A stretch of 35,964 nt of DNA, taken from a virus. Lineage: Duplodnaviria; Caudoviricetes. The DNA lies in IMG/VR virus record IMGVR_UViG_3300033067_001538, positions 1-35,964 of that record; one strand, written 5' to 3'. The first letter of the stretch is position 1; every line of letters starts with the position of its first letter. The notes beneath the pieces are model-generated. The model was not told where the DNA came from. It made no database searches and saw only the letters and a program-made list of their open reading frames with translations. The position numbers and the translations under genes are program-made. Of this stretch, positions 28,310 through 35,964 are shown in pieces.

Positions 28310-28877
28310 AACGCTCTAGTGAATGGTTGTTGGCGATTTCAAAATCAACGGGAAGGAAGGGGACTAGTTGTTCGGAGATATGGATTTTTGCTCCGGAGTT
28401 TAGGTCGGCGAAATGTTTATCGGTTAGTTCTTGGCGGTTGATCCGCACGACTGTGCCGCCAAGGTCTTTCACCATTTCAACTTCGTTTTCAAATCGAAGA
28501 TCGGTAATTACGTATTTTTGGTTCGGGTACGCGAGGAGTTTATTTCTAAGCGCGTTAACCCAGATATCGTCACCGAGAAGATTTCTTCCCCATTCGGTCC
28601 CGAGAGTTTGCATTGCGTGCCGCGGGGTACAGTTATTGAAAAAGACTGATGGGGTTTCTTTGTCTTCGATTGTCCCGTTGGTGAGGCGTTGGGCGGTTTC
28701 AAGATCGGCTCCTTGAGATACGATGAAAGACATGCACATGGATTTGAGGAAGGAAGCGAAGGATACCGGGGTGTGGCCGTGAAGGGAGGTTAGGAACTTC
28801 CCGGCGGTATCTTTGCCCGAGCCTTTGAGTCCGGTGAAGGCGATTAAGGAATGGGGAGAGAAGGGAGTTTCAACCAT
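28269..28877 (-). CDS. deoxynucleoside monophosphate kinase
   Basis: P-loop IAFTGLKGSGKDT, TPRHAMQTLGTEWGR, VITDLRFENE, HISE. Confidence 0.92.
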   Translation of the reverse strand: MVETPFSPHSLIAFTGLKGSGKDTAGKFLTSLHGHTPVSFASFLKSMCMSFIVSQGADLETAQRLTNGTIEDKETPSVFFNNCTPRHAMQTLGTEWGRNLLGDDIWVNALRNKLLAYPNQKYVITDLRFENEVEMVKDLGGTVVRINRQELTDKHFADLNSGAKIHISEQLVPFLPVDFEIANNHSLERFENDVRTIFQNFS

Positions 28878-29043
28878 CAGCGGTAAGTTCCTTGTTCATA
28901 TCCGGCCAGTGGATTAGGCGTTGAAGATGGGTGGGAAGAATATATCTCTGGAGGTTCCGGGTTGTGGTTTGGGAAAGTCGGTGGAATTTCTTGGCTTTCT
29001 TCCAGATTCTCCGACGGGCGGCACGGGTTGAGGTTTTGATCAT
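28870..29043 (-). CDS. small basic hypothetical protein (57 aa, below the ORF-track cutoff)
   Basis: Hand translation MIKTSTRAARRRIWKKAKKFHRLSQ...ELTADG*; start overlaps the upstream stop (TAATG) and it fills the gap exactly. Confidence 0.6.
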   Translation of the reverse strand: MIKTSTRAARRRIWKKAKKFHRLSQTTTRNLQRYILPTHLQRLIHWPDMNKELTADG

Positions 29044-29453
29044 TAGAATTGTTTCCCTCCGTCTTTTGCCCGGTTTTCTAGTTTATGATCTGCGCGATTT
29101 TTGTTGTATTCAAATTTTTCCACAACCGCGCCTTCGAGGTCGAGGTTAAGATAACCTGCAAGATCACAAATTCGGATAAATGCATCGGCGAGTTCGACTT
29201 CGATCATTGGCCGGTGGGGAAGTTTATCATCTTGAAGATTCTTGCGGTAGCCTTCCATTGCTTCGGAGATTTCCGAGTGGATAAGGCAAAGCATTTCCCC
29301 GACGTTGCGTTCTTTGTTGGTTCCGTCAAGATTAGAATACCAACCAGCAAGGCGGTTGTAGGAATAAAGAAACCGCTGCCAAGAGGAAATATTAAATCCC
29401 CGCAACAGAATGTATTCATGAACTGAGGAAAATCCCATTGCTTCTTCGGTCAT
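29043..29453 (-). CDS. MazG-like (all-alpha) NTP pyrophosphohydrolase
   Basis: LIHSEISEAMEGYRK...EVELADAFIRICDLAG...EKFEYN..R; SD GGAGGT. Confidence 0.88.
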   Translation of the reverse strand: MTEEAMGFSSVHEYILLRGFNISSWQRFLYSYNRLAGWYSNLDGTNKERNVGEMLCLIHSEISEAMEGYRKNLQDDKLPHRPMIEVELADAFIRICDLAGYLNLDLEGAVVEKFEYNKNRADHKLENRAKDGGKQF

Positions 29454-30676
29454 AATTCACCTCCTGTTTGTACCCCGGAATGGGGGATGAAATAGTCCGG
29501 ATTTTGGGTGTCGGGCAGGATGATCTTGGAGTCGATCATATAGTCAAAGATAGACTTTGCCTTCCACGCCGGGGCGTAGTGCCCGAGGAATTGGTAGATT
29601 CTAGATTGGTGAATAGCTTTGTGGTTTCCTGCGTACATTTTGGTTAGTTGGAAATGGAGTTGTTTGACGATATGGGAGTCTGTGTTTTGTGCCATTTCGA
29701 GGAAGATTTCCGGCATCGCGCGCTCGGCGATTAGCAGCCGGGAAATCGCTTCATCTACGTCGGCTTCTGTAATCTCCATGGAATTGGACCTTGCGGCGGA
29801 GTTTACCATGCAAAGTTTAAGTGCATGAAGATGCCGGCGGGGGATATAGTTTAGTAGACGGTAGTGGGTCGGGGCAGGTTTACAACCGGATTCGTACCAT
29901 TCCGATATCTTAGACTGCGCTCCATCAGTCCATGAAAACTCCCCTTGTAGTTTGCAGATTTGGAGCAAGTCATGTAGCAACCTCTTTCCAAGACCGGGAT
30001 CGGATTTTCGCTTTCCGAATAGAGTTGGTCGAATGGCATCTGCGGAATAGATGCACAAGACGCGGGCCATAAATCCTTGAGTCCACGCCACTTCTGGAAA
30101 CAGGCTAGAAAGATATCCGGGGGTAGCTCCTGCAAGGAATGATAATCCCGGTCGGATGATTCGTAATAGTTGCTGTTCCTTACGGTGACGCCGTCTTTCC
30201 TCGTGCAAATCTGGGTTGTCATATAGGGCCGAGAGGAAATTGATAAACTCAAGATCGTGTTCTTTGATGAGAACCCCAAGCTCATGAGCGGCGGAAAGGA
30301 CTGAATTGTATTCATAAAGCTCGCCAGAGAGTGTGACGCGCTTTCGAGATTCTTCGGAGAGATAATCGACAAGTGCGGCTTTGGTAGAGTCGTCGGGCGC
30401 AATTCTAATCTCCTCAGTTTGACGGGCTAGGGAAATGGCGTGATTGATTGCTTGTGTTTTTCCGACACCGGGGGGTGCTACGAGGAAAACGAACAAGTTT
30501 GGGTAGAGGATATTATCCCCCGGCGCGATCCAGCATTTGCGTTCCATTGCGGCAGAGACTACAGAGATTGCCGCCCAGCGTCGGAATGGTTCGGGGGATG
30601 GAATTCCCTCCGTGTATTCAACGAACTGGTCTATCCAGGAAGTGCATTTCCGGGTTATATTTTCTGCGGCGGTCAT
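29450..30676 (-). CDS. DUF3987-like P-loop ATPase, putative replicative helicase
   Basis: YPNLFVFLVAPPGVGKT Walker A, HELG, LSALYD, GATP, GFMAR; adjacent to polA. Start 30676/30679 (SD GGAAGG) or 30724. Confidence 0.8.
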   Translation of the reverse strand: MTAAENITRKCTSWIDQFVEYTEGIPSPEPFRRWAAISVVSAAMERKCWIAPGDNILYPNLFVFLVAPPGVGKTQAINHAISLARQTEEIRIAPDDSTKAALVDYLSEESRKRVTLSGELYEYNSVLSAAHELGVLIKEHDLEFINFLSALYDNPDLHEERRRHRKEQQLLRIIRPGLSFLAGATPGYLSSLFPEVAWTQGFMARVLCIYSADAIRPTLFGKRKSDPGLGKRLLHDLLQICKLQGEFSWTDGAQSKISEWYESGCKPAPTHYRLLNYIPRRHLHALKLCMVNSAARSNSMEITEADVDEAISRLLIAERAMPEIFLEMAQNTDSHIVKQLHFQLTKMYAGNHKAIHQSRIYQFLGHYAPAWKAKSIFDYMIDSKIILPDTQNPDYFIPHSGVQTGGEL

Positions 30677-32141
30677 CATCCCCCTTCCACTTTCGTAGGC
30701 CGTCTGGGTTTTTATTTTTATCAAACTTACCGAAGTTCCACCCGACTTCGACTGTGTTTGGGACTATGTGTGTAACTGTTTTTCCGGAAGGTTCATGGGT
30801 TGCGGTGATGGGGACAGGGATGAGTTTAAGGACTTGGTTAAGGATTTGGTTTTCGAGTTCTTCGGGGTATTGGATTAGAATAGCGTCATGGATTTGGGCA
30901 AGGATTTGAACAATGTTTGCGCGCCAAAGAATTATGATAATTTCGTTGATGATATCGGCGACTTCGGACTGGGGCATGAAGGCGATTGCTTCACGGATTG
31001 TAGCATCATCATTAGTCCTGCCGAAAAAATGCCTAACGCGGCCAAGGAAAGTAACAAGTTTCTTGTTAAGCTGGAGATCACGTATAACAGATCGGTGATA
31101 AGCGGGGATTTCCGGGAAAGCCTTGAAATAGGCCGTCTGGAACGAGGAAACAAGTTCAACGGGGACTCTCGCTTGTTTGGCTAGGGCCGGTGGTTTTCCG
31201 TAGTAATTTGATCCGTGACCGATTTTCTTACACATGAAGCGGTAATCGTAATCGCGATAGAACGGTCGCTCAGCGAGTTCGCGGTCTTGTATAGGATCGC
31301 CGGTCCAAGGAATCTCGCCGTTCTTCCAGACAAGTTTAGCGACTTGAGTGTGTAGGTCTCCAGAGATACAAGCATCGAGGTAGTTTGTTTGTCCAGTTAC
31401 GGCAAATCCGTGAAGGGCGGTTAGGCGGGATTCCGCTTGTTCGAGATCGATGTAAGCGAGTTTCTTTCCTTCATCCGCAGTAAAAATATGACGTGCATCG
31501 GCAGGGATATTTTGTAGGTTTGTACCGTCGTGCCAAGCGGTTTTGGAGGAAGACCATCGCCCGGTTTCTGTACCCGCGACTGAATACGACGATCGCATTC
31601 GCTTGTCTGCCTGATACCCAGAGCGATAAACCCGAAAACGGGTTTGGATAACTCGATAAGCCAGAATAATTTGGACGAGCGGAGTTGTTTCCGGGTAGTC
31701 TTTGACGAGCTTTTGGAGAGCTTCGTCGTTAGTGGATACCCGTGATACATTTTTACTCCGGTCGAAGATAGAGATTTCGGGATAGCCGAGATGGGTGTAG
31801 AAGAAATAGGCTAGGGATTTGGGGCCCTTGGAGGAGTTTATTTTTATTTCGGGTGCGCCTAGTTCGGTGGTGATGTAGGTGAAGGATTCGACGAGGTGTT
31901 TTTCTTCTTCCTCCAGTCGGGCTATGACTTTTTGTAGTTCGTGGATATTTAGGCGGAGTCCGGTCAGCATCATTTCGATGGCGGCCGGTTGGAGTGCGAG
32001 GGACCGATGATATATGGCGGCGCGCTGAGTGTCAAGAAGCGGAAGAAGGGTTCGATATAGCTCTTCCGTAGCAATTGTGTCCATACCGTTGTAGGTTTGG
32101 AGCATGTCGAAGGCGGAAGGATTGGGAGAAAGGTTTGTCAT
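30618..32141 (-). CDS. polA: family A DNA polymerase, polymerase subunit (begins at the ExoIII motif)
   Basis: TETGRWSS, NLQNIP, motif A DLEQAESR, motif B R..CKKIGHGSNY, motif C QIHDA; N-terminal YNGMD. Confidence 0.95.
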   Translation of the reverse strand: MTNLSPNPSAFDMLQTYNGMDTIATEELYRTLLPLLDTQRAAIYHRSLALQPAAIEMMLTGLRLNIHELQKVIARLEEEEKHLVESFTYITTELGAPEIKINSSKGPKSLAYFFYTHLGYPEISIFDRSKNVSRVSTNDEALQKLVKDYPETTPLVQIILAYRVIQTRFRVYRSGYQADKRMRSSYSVAGTETGRWSSSKTAWHDGTNLQNIPADARHIFTADEGKKLAYIDLEQAESRLTALHGFAVTGQTNYLDACISGDLHTQVAKLVWKNGEIPWTGDPIQDRELAERPFYRDYDYRFMCKKIGHGSNYYGKPPALAKQARVPVELVSSFQTAYFKAFPEIPAYHRSVIRDLQLNKKLVTFLGRVRHFFGRTNDDATIREAIAFMPQSEVADIINEIIIILWRANIVQILAQIHDAILIQYPEELENQILNQVLKLIPVPITATHEPSGKTVTHIVPNTVEVGWNFGKFDKNKNPDGLRKWKGDDDRRRKYNPEMHFLDRPVR

Positions 32142-32330
32142 TTTGAGACTAGCTGTAGTTGCTTGTGGTTAAAAATGAAAAGCATCCCGGCGTCGTTTTC
32201 TACTACATAACGCACAGCGCCTGATTTTTTTCCAAAAAATGGAAACGATTTCTCCGCGATAAGTGTAGTCTCCTGTTGTTTTTTCTACGATATCGGTGAT
32301 GGAAAAATGCCAAGATTCTTTTTTAGACAT
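32138..32330 (-). pseudogene. frameshifted small SH3-like (DfrB/R67-like pattern) protein gene
   Basis: Frame 1 reads MSKKESWHFSITDIVEKTTGDYTYRGEIVSIFWKK. Deleting one base in the T6-GG-A7 run continues SGAVRYVVENDAGMLFIFNHKQLQLVSK* (63 aa), ending in an ATGA overlap with polA. Confidence 0.65.
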
Positions 32331-32571
32331 TAAACCCTCGCTTGGCGAGTTCGAAATTTACAAGAGGGATAAGAGATTCGATAAAATGCCCGGCGACATA
32401 TCCGGGGTTTCGCATGTGTTTAATTTCGGAATAAAGTAGCCGGCGGGTCAGGGTTACTCCGGGGATGATTTGCACATGGACAAGATAAAAACGAGAACCA
32501 TCGTCCCCGTTTTCGGATGAAGTCCAGATTGGATATTGTTCGTTGGTATCGGAGAGCGGGGGTTTAGTCAT
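32323..32571 (-). CDS. hypothetical protein
   Basis: 82 aa with SD GGAGG, overlapping neighbours. Confidence 0.7.
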   Translation of the reverse strand: MTKPPLSDTNEQYPIWTSSENGDDGSRFYLVHVQIIPGVTLTRRLLYSEIKHMRNPGYVAGHFIESLIPLVNFELAKRGFNV

Positions 32572-32809
32572 TGGTTTCTGCCTCCACAGCTACGGTCCAG
32601 GTTTCTTGTTGAAATTTAGTTTCTACATATTCAATTTCGATAAGAGACATATGTCGAGGATTAATGTAAGTAGTCTTACCTGCTTTTTGAAACATAAGTG
32701 GTTGTCCGTTTATTAGGTATTGCCGCAATTCAGATTCTTTCTCTGGGGCAATAAAGATAATCCGCGAGAAGTTGGGGCCGTAAGCTATGAGTCGTAATTC
32801 GTTAATCAT
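32564..32809 (-). CDS. hypothetical protein (AT-rich)
   Basis: 81 aa with SD GGAG, overlapping neighbours. Confidence 0.7.
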   Translation of the reverse strand: MINELRLIAYGPNFSRIIFIAPEKESELRQYLINGQPLMFQKAGKTTYINPRHMSLIEIEYVETKFQQETWTVAVEAETND

Positions 32810-33866
32810 CTTTTTTCTCCGCGTGTTCTTTGCGCCAAACTTTCCACGCCGGGCGATCGAGATAGATAGAACCCAGAAACCCTAGCCCCTTTTGGAGTTC
32901 GGGTTGCAGGGCGTGGTGGAGAAGCATGGTATCTTCTAGTGGCCCAAGGACGGGAACGCCCCACGTCTTCCATATGTATTGAATATCATATGCTCCGTTC
33001 TGAAAGATTTTTGGACACGGGGAAGATAGGATAGTGCGGATACAAGAGATTGCTTCGACTTCTTCATCAAGTGTTTTCCAGTAATTCCCAACACCAGAAT
33101 CCCAAAAAGGAATAACAAATGCGGAGCCGGGGGAAATGGTGAAAGAGATCGTGCGGATTTGGTTTGCTTTGGTTTCCACGTCGATGGATTGAAACGGGGC
33201 GGAGTAGGCAAGAGGAACAAAGTCATGGATTTCCTGTAGGATTGGGTTGATTTTGATTGAGAGGGTTTCGTTTGATACAGAGTCGGAGTAGTCTTTGTCT
33301 AGGTGGCGGGCAGCTTTTTTAAGATCGGCGATTGCGATTGCGCGGAGTTGCCAGTTGCGGAGAACTGCGGTGGGGTGAAATGTGGGAAGGATTATTGGAT
33401 TGTAGGAAGGGTCAGGGCTAGTCCAGGATTCGGCAACTCCTCGGTAGGTACCGATACCAGTCTTACCGAGTAGTGCCCACATGGCAACCGATCCAAGGGC
33501 AACAATGATTTGCGGCTTAACCACAAGTATTTCATCCCGCAAACGGTACACTTCATCAATGTACAATTGGTTGATATATTTTCCCTTGCCGACTGCTCCA
33601 AGACTTTTGCTTTCAGGCGTCGCTTCTTTAGTGGAGACAAAGAAGAAGTCAGAGTTATTTCTTGGAGGTTGACTAAGGAATACATTGGTGATATAACAGA
33701 CATTGCGGTCGATTCCTGCTTCGGCAAGCATTTTGGTAAGTTCTTGGCCAGAGGCTCCAGCGAAGGGTTTGTTCAGGATTACTTCAGATTCTCCGGGGGC
33801 TTCTCCGACTAGCATGATTGGAGAGGGAGAGGGGCCGGAGGGTTTAATCCTTGGAAGACCTATCAT
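32802..33866 (-). CDS. uracil-DNA glycosylase (family 4-like) fused to a partial 3'-5' exonuclease domain
   Basis: UDG motifs VGEAPGESE, PFAGASG, YITNV, TFHPTAVLR; then ExoI SIDVET, ExoII QNGAYD and DTMLLHH. Confidence 0.9.
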   Translation of the reverse strand: MIGLPRIKPSGPSPSPIMLVGEAPGESEVILNKPFAGASGQELTKMLAEAGIDRNVCYITNVFLSQPPRNNSDFFFVSTKEATPESKSLGAVGKGKYINQLYIDEVYRLRDEILVVKPQIIVALGSVAMWALLGKTGIGTYRGVAESWTSPDPSYNPIILPTFHPTAVLRNWQLRAIAIADLKKAARHLDKDYSDSVSNETLSIKINPILQEIHDFVPLAYSAPFQSIDVETKANQIRTISFTISPGSAFVIPFWDSGVGNYWKTLDEEVEAISCIRTILSSPCPKIFQNGAYDIQYIWKTWGVPVLGPLEDTMLLHHALQPELQKGLGFLGSIYLDRPAWKVWRKEHAEKKDD

Positions 33867-34155
33867 TATAAAGACCCTCGGTCATGGCGGTAATGTGAGA
33901 AGTTTTGTTTAGTTTGTTTGTAATATATTCTGCAATTTCTTTTGCAGAAATTCCTTGACCTTTGAGAAGTTGCATGAGCATGGCAATGACAAGGGAACCG
34001 GAAGATAGGAGATACTCTCGATCGGAAAGGCCGTCTGTGTTATTGGAAAGGTCTGGGTTGTCAGGGTTTTCGACAATAGCTTTGCAGCAAATCTTTATAT
34101 GTTCCATAGTTATTGGAAGCATAGTTGCGGTTAACATTTTACTGGCACGGGACAT
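33844..34155 (-). CDS. hypothetical protein
   Basis: 103 aa with strong SD AAGGAG. Confidence 0.7.
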   Translation of the reverse strand: MSRASKMLTATMLPITMEHIKICCKAIVENPDNPDLSNNTDGLSDREYLLSSGSLVIAMLMQLLKGQGISAKEIAEYITNKLNKTSHITAMTEGLYNDRSSKD

Positions 34156-34174
34156 GATTTTCTCCTTAGCTAAT

Positions 34175-34209
34175 AAAAAGGAACCGGGGGTTGTGCATTC
34201 CCCCGGTTC
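34175..34209 (-). terminator. Rho-independent terminator after the SSB-like gene
   Basis: 10-bp stem GAACCGGGGG/CCCCCGGTTC (34181-90/34200-09) followed by CTTTTT on the - strand. Confidence 0.85.
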
Positions 34210-34227
34210 TAGTTGACGAGCTAAAGA

Positions 34228-34698
34228 TTAGTTGAAGATAACGGACTTAACTTCTTGGCGAACGCGGGATTCACCTTCAGGAATTTGCGGGTTATCTTCA
34301 GTCGTTTCGATGCGGAGGGTTTGGGTAAGAGTAACTCCGCGCCCGTTGGCCGCACCTTCCACAAATTCCTTAACCGTGGTGAGGCCCGCGCCGGTAAGCA
34401 TGGGCTTCATATCCGCGTTCCAAGATTCGTTCTTCTCGGAATAGTAGATATCCTTCACAAGGGTTTTGGGACCCTTGGCTCCGACGAGCCCGCCCGCTTC
34501 TTCAAGTTGAGTCGGGTCAACATCTTCCCCGGCAGATTCGAGCGCGAAGGTGAAGCGGATAAACGGAGTTTTCTTTTGCTTGCTCCGATCCGCGACTGCG
34601 GATTGAAGAGTGCCGATGTAGGTTCCCGCCGGAAGCGGCTTCGGTTCTTTGATGTCTTCGGAGGTTGCGTTAAGGATTTCGGTAAAGTCAATAGACAT
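34228..34698 (-). CDS. putative ssDNA-binding protein (DUF669-like OB fold)
   Basis: IKEPKPLPAGTY...SKQKKTPFIRFTF pattern; downstream of the Sak4-like ATPase; SD AGGA. Confidence 0.65.
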   Translation of the reverse strand: MSIDFTEILNATSEDIKEPKPLPAGTYIGTLQSAVADRSKQKKTPFIRFTFALESAGEDVDPTQLEEAGGLVGAKGPKTLVKDIYYSEKNESWNADMKPMLTGAGLTTVKEFVEGAANGRGVTLTQTLRIETTEDNPQIPEGESRVRQEVKSVIFN

Positions 34699-34751
34699 TT
34701 GTTTATTCCTGTGTGGGTTTTTTAGGTTGGATTTGTTTTGTGGTTTAGGTT

Positions 34752-34829
34752 TTAATCTTCGTCTTCGAGGTCCTCATCTTCTTCGGGGAGATCTTCTTCG
34801 GGGAGATCGACTTCATCAAGGTTATCCAT
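34752..34829 (-). CDS. 25-aa hyper-acidic micropeptide
   Basis: MDNLDEVDLPEEDLPEEDEDLEDED*; SD AAGGA 8 nt upstream of the ATG; intergenic position. Confidence 0.55.
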   Translation of the reverse strand: MDNLDEVDLPEEDLPEEDEDLEDED

Positions 34830-34850
34830 GTATAGGTTCCTTGTTAGTAG

Positions 34851-34872
34851 AGAAGCAGGGGATTCTGCTTCT
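34851..34872. other. stem-loop directly after the ATPase stop codon
   Basis: AGAAGCAG/CTGCTTCT 8-bp stem with a 6-nt loop; no U-tract on the coding strand. Confidence 0.5.
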
Positions 34873-35709
34873 TTATTTGGGACTAGGTTGATATCCCAAA
34901 TCTTTGAATATATCGGCAAGTCCGGTGTTGAGATCGTAGCTTGCCTTTGTTCTTGCAGGATCGGGTGTTTTGAGGGCCAAGGCGTTAGTTGGAACTGTGA
35001 AGATTTTTCTCCGAAGTCCGGCGCCGGAGCCCTCTGATTTAGCGAGTAGCATTGTGTTAAAGAATCGACCAACTTTTGGCGGGAGTTTGGTTCCAAGAGT
35101 TGAGGGATAAGCTCGGACAACGCCTTCACCTTCTCCTTCTGGTTGGATATAAGTGAGGTGGGAATTGATGATGACGTGACAGGGGACGGCAGGGGAGAAG
35201 AGTAGTCCGAGGAGATTTTCGATTCGATCCATTGCGGCTCCCCAATCTTGGATTTGGGGATGGGCTGGAGGGAGTCGACCGGCAAGCGCAAGAACTCCGG
35301 CCATTGCTGAAGTGCTAAGGAAAGTGAGGGAGTCGATAACAAGGACATCGTTAAGGGTCCAAGAGGTGATTGGGCCAAGATCGTAGTCCTCTGTTTTCCA
35401 TCCGTTGAGAAGTTTCATCGCGCGGGAGAAACCGGAGGGGGTTCCTTTGTAGGTGACAAGCCCGGCAGCATTGACAGTTTTCTCGTCGATTACTTCTTCC
35501 CAGGTGAGACGGGCGCGGACGGCTTCGGGTTCGTCTTTGAGAAGATTCCAGAGAATGTCCATACCGCGATCCGCGTCGAGGACTCGGACGTTATAACCGG
35601 CGCGGATAAGAGAAACGAGTGCGCCGGTTTTGCCGGTGCCGGAATCTCCGAGAACGAGGAGTTTGAGGGGAGAAGATTTGGAGGGGGTGAAGGAAGAGAG
35701 ATTAGGCAA
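34873..35709 (-). CDS. Sak4/AAA_24-like ATPase (phage recombinase-like NTP-binding protein)
   Basis: Walker A LGDSGTGKT, VLDADRG, Walker B LVIDSLT, QDWG, INSH; TTG 35709 with SD AAGGA is preferred over 35745. Confidence 0.85.
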   Translation of the reverse strand: MPNLSSFTPSKSSPLKLLVLGDSGTGKTGALVSLIRAGYNVRVLDADRGMDILWNLLKDEPEAVRARLTWEEVIDEKTVNAAGLVTYKGTPSGFSRAMKLLNGWKTEDYDLGPITSWTLNDVLVIDSLTFLSTSAMAGVLALAGRLPPAHPQIQDWGAAMDRIENLLGLLFSPAVPCHVIINSHLTYIQPEGEGEGVVRAYPSTLGTKLPPKVGRFFNTMLLAKSEGSGAGLRRKIFTVPTNALALKTPDPARTKASYDLNTGLADIFKDLGYQPSPK

Positions 35710-35713
35710 GGAA

Positions 35714-35884
35714 TTAATCCTTCTTTTCTTTATATGCGGTTTCAAGTCCGAGTTGGATTAGTTCCCATACGATGGATTCATCGTTAAAAGATTGAATATG
35801 CCAACCATGCAAAGCTTTCCATACTCGATCTATTGATCCCTCTGCCCGCTTTTTATCTGATGGAAGATTCTTATTTCTTTCCAT
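35714..35884 (-). CDS. small hypothetical protein
   Basis: 56 aa from ATG 35884, TGATG-coupled to the upstream partial gene. Confidence 0.55.
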   Translation of the reverse strand: MERNKNLPSDKKRAEGSIDRVWKALHGWHIQSFNDESIVWELIQLGLETAYKEKKD

Positions 35885-35964
35885 CAGATATCTCCACGGA
35901 CTTCGAGAGGATTCCACAAGCCATCGGTGAAACGGCTGGGATCGGAGAGATAGATTTCGCGAAG
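35884..35964 (-). CDS. C-terminal fragment of an upstream gene, possibly a PD-(D/E)XK exonuclease
   Basis: Open frame from the window edge: LREIYLSDPSRFTDGLWNPLEVRGDI*. The product guess rests only on the WNPL ending and position upstream of Sak4/SSB. Confidence 0.4.
   Translation of the reverse strand, partial: LREIYLSDPSRFTDGLWNPLEVRGDI

Noticed and set aside
32142-32801. Group I intron or intein joining the UDG-exonuclease and polA genes
   Set aside because: The interval is filled by coupled small ORFs, with no homing endonuclease, intein termini or intron core that I can recognise.
34830-35378. Upstream part of the 208-aa ORF 34752..35378
   Set aside because: Out-of-frame overlap with the ATPase gene; only the last 25 codons have their own SD and ATG.
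1-35964. CRISPR array, tRNA genes, DGR, integrase, stop-codon recoding
   Set aside because: No spaced repeats, cloverleafs, reverse transcriptase or recombinase motifs seen; genes tile cleanly with the standard code, using TAA, TGA and TAG as stops.

Overview
The window is a near-complete (about 36 kb) genome of a tailed dsDNA podovirus-type bacteriophage with two convergent gene blocks. The + strand (about 370-27911) encodes packaging and morphogenesis: putative terminase small subunit, a PD-(D/E)XK nuclease, terminase large subunit, portal, a Q/P-rich scaffold, an SU10/DUF5309-like major capsid protein, adaptor, tail fibre, a GH16 hydrolase next to holin-like and lipoprotein genes, tail nozzle and ejection proteins. 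The - strand (27908-35964) encodes replication and nucleotide metabolism: Sak4/AAA_24-like ATPase, SSB-like protein, a UDG-exonuclease fusion, a separate PolA polymerase gene, DUF3987-like helicase, MazG-like pyrophosphatase, dNMP kinase and an HTH/RHH regulator. I see no integrase, tRNA, CRISPR array or recognisable endolysin. Most notable: (1) four unrelated orphan proteins share a short peptide, I-x-[DEQ]-x-L-G-[ILM] (three as an N-terminal NPI..LG leader), that matches the scaffold C-terminal tail and may be a scaffold-mimic capsid-targeting signal for packaged cargo; (2) a 15/16 match to the chromosomal parS consensus at 11-26; (3) the proofreading exonuclease motifs are split across two genes; (4) a homopolymer-frameshifted small gene whose repaired stop overlaps the polA start; (5) a 25-aa hyper-acidic micro-ORF beside a tail-less SSB. 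All functional calls come from motif recognition by eye and gene order; no database searches were run.
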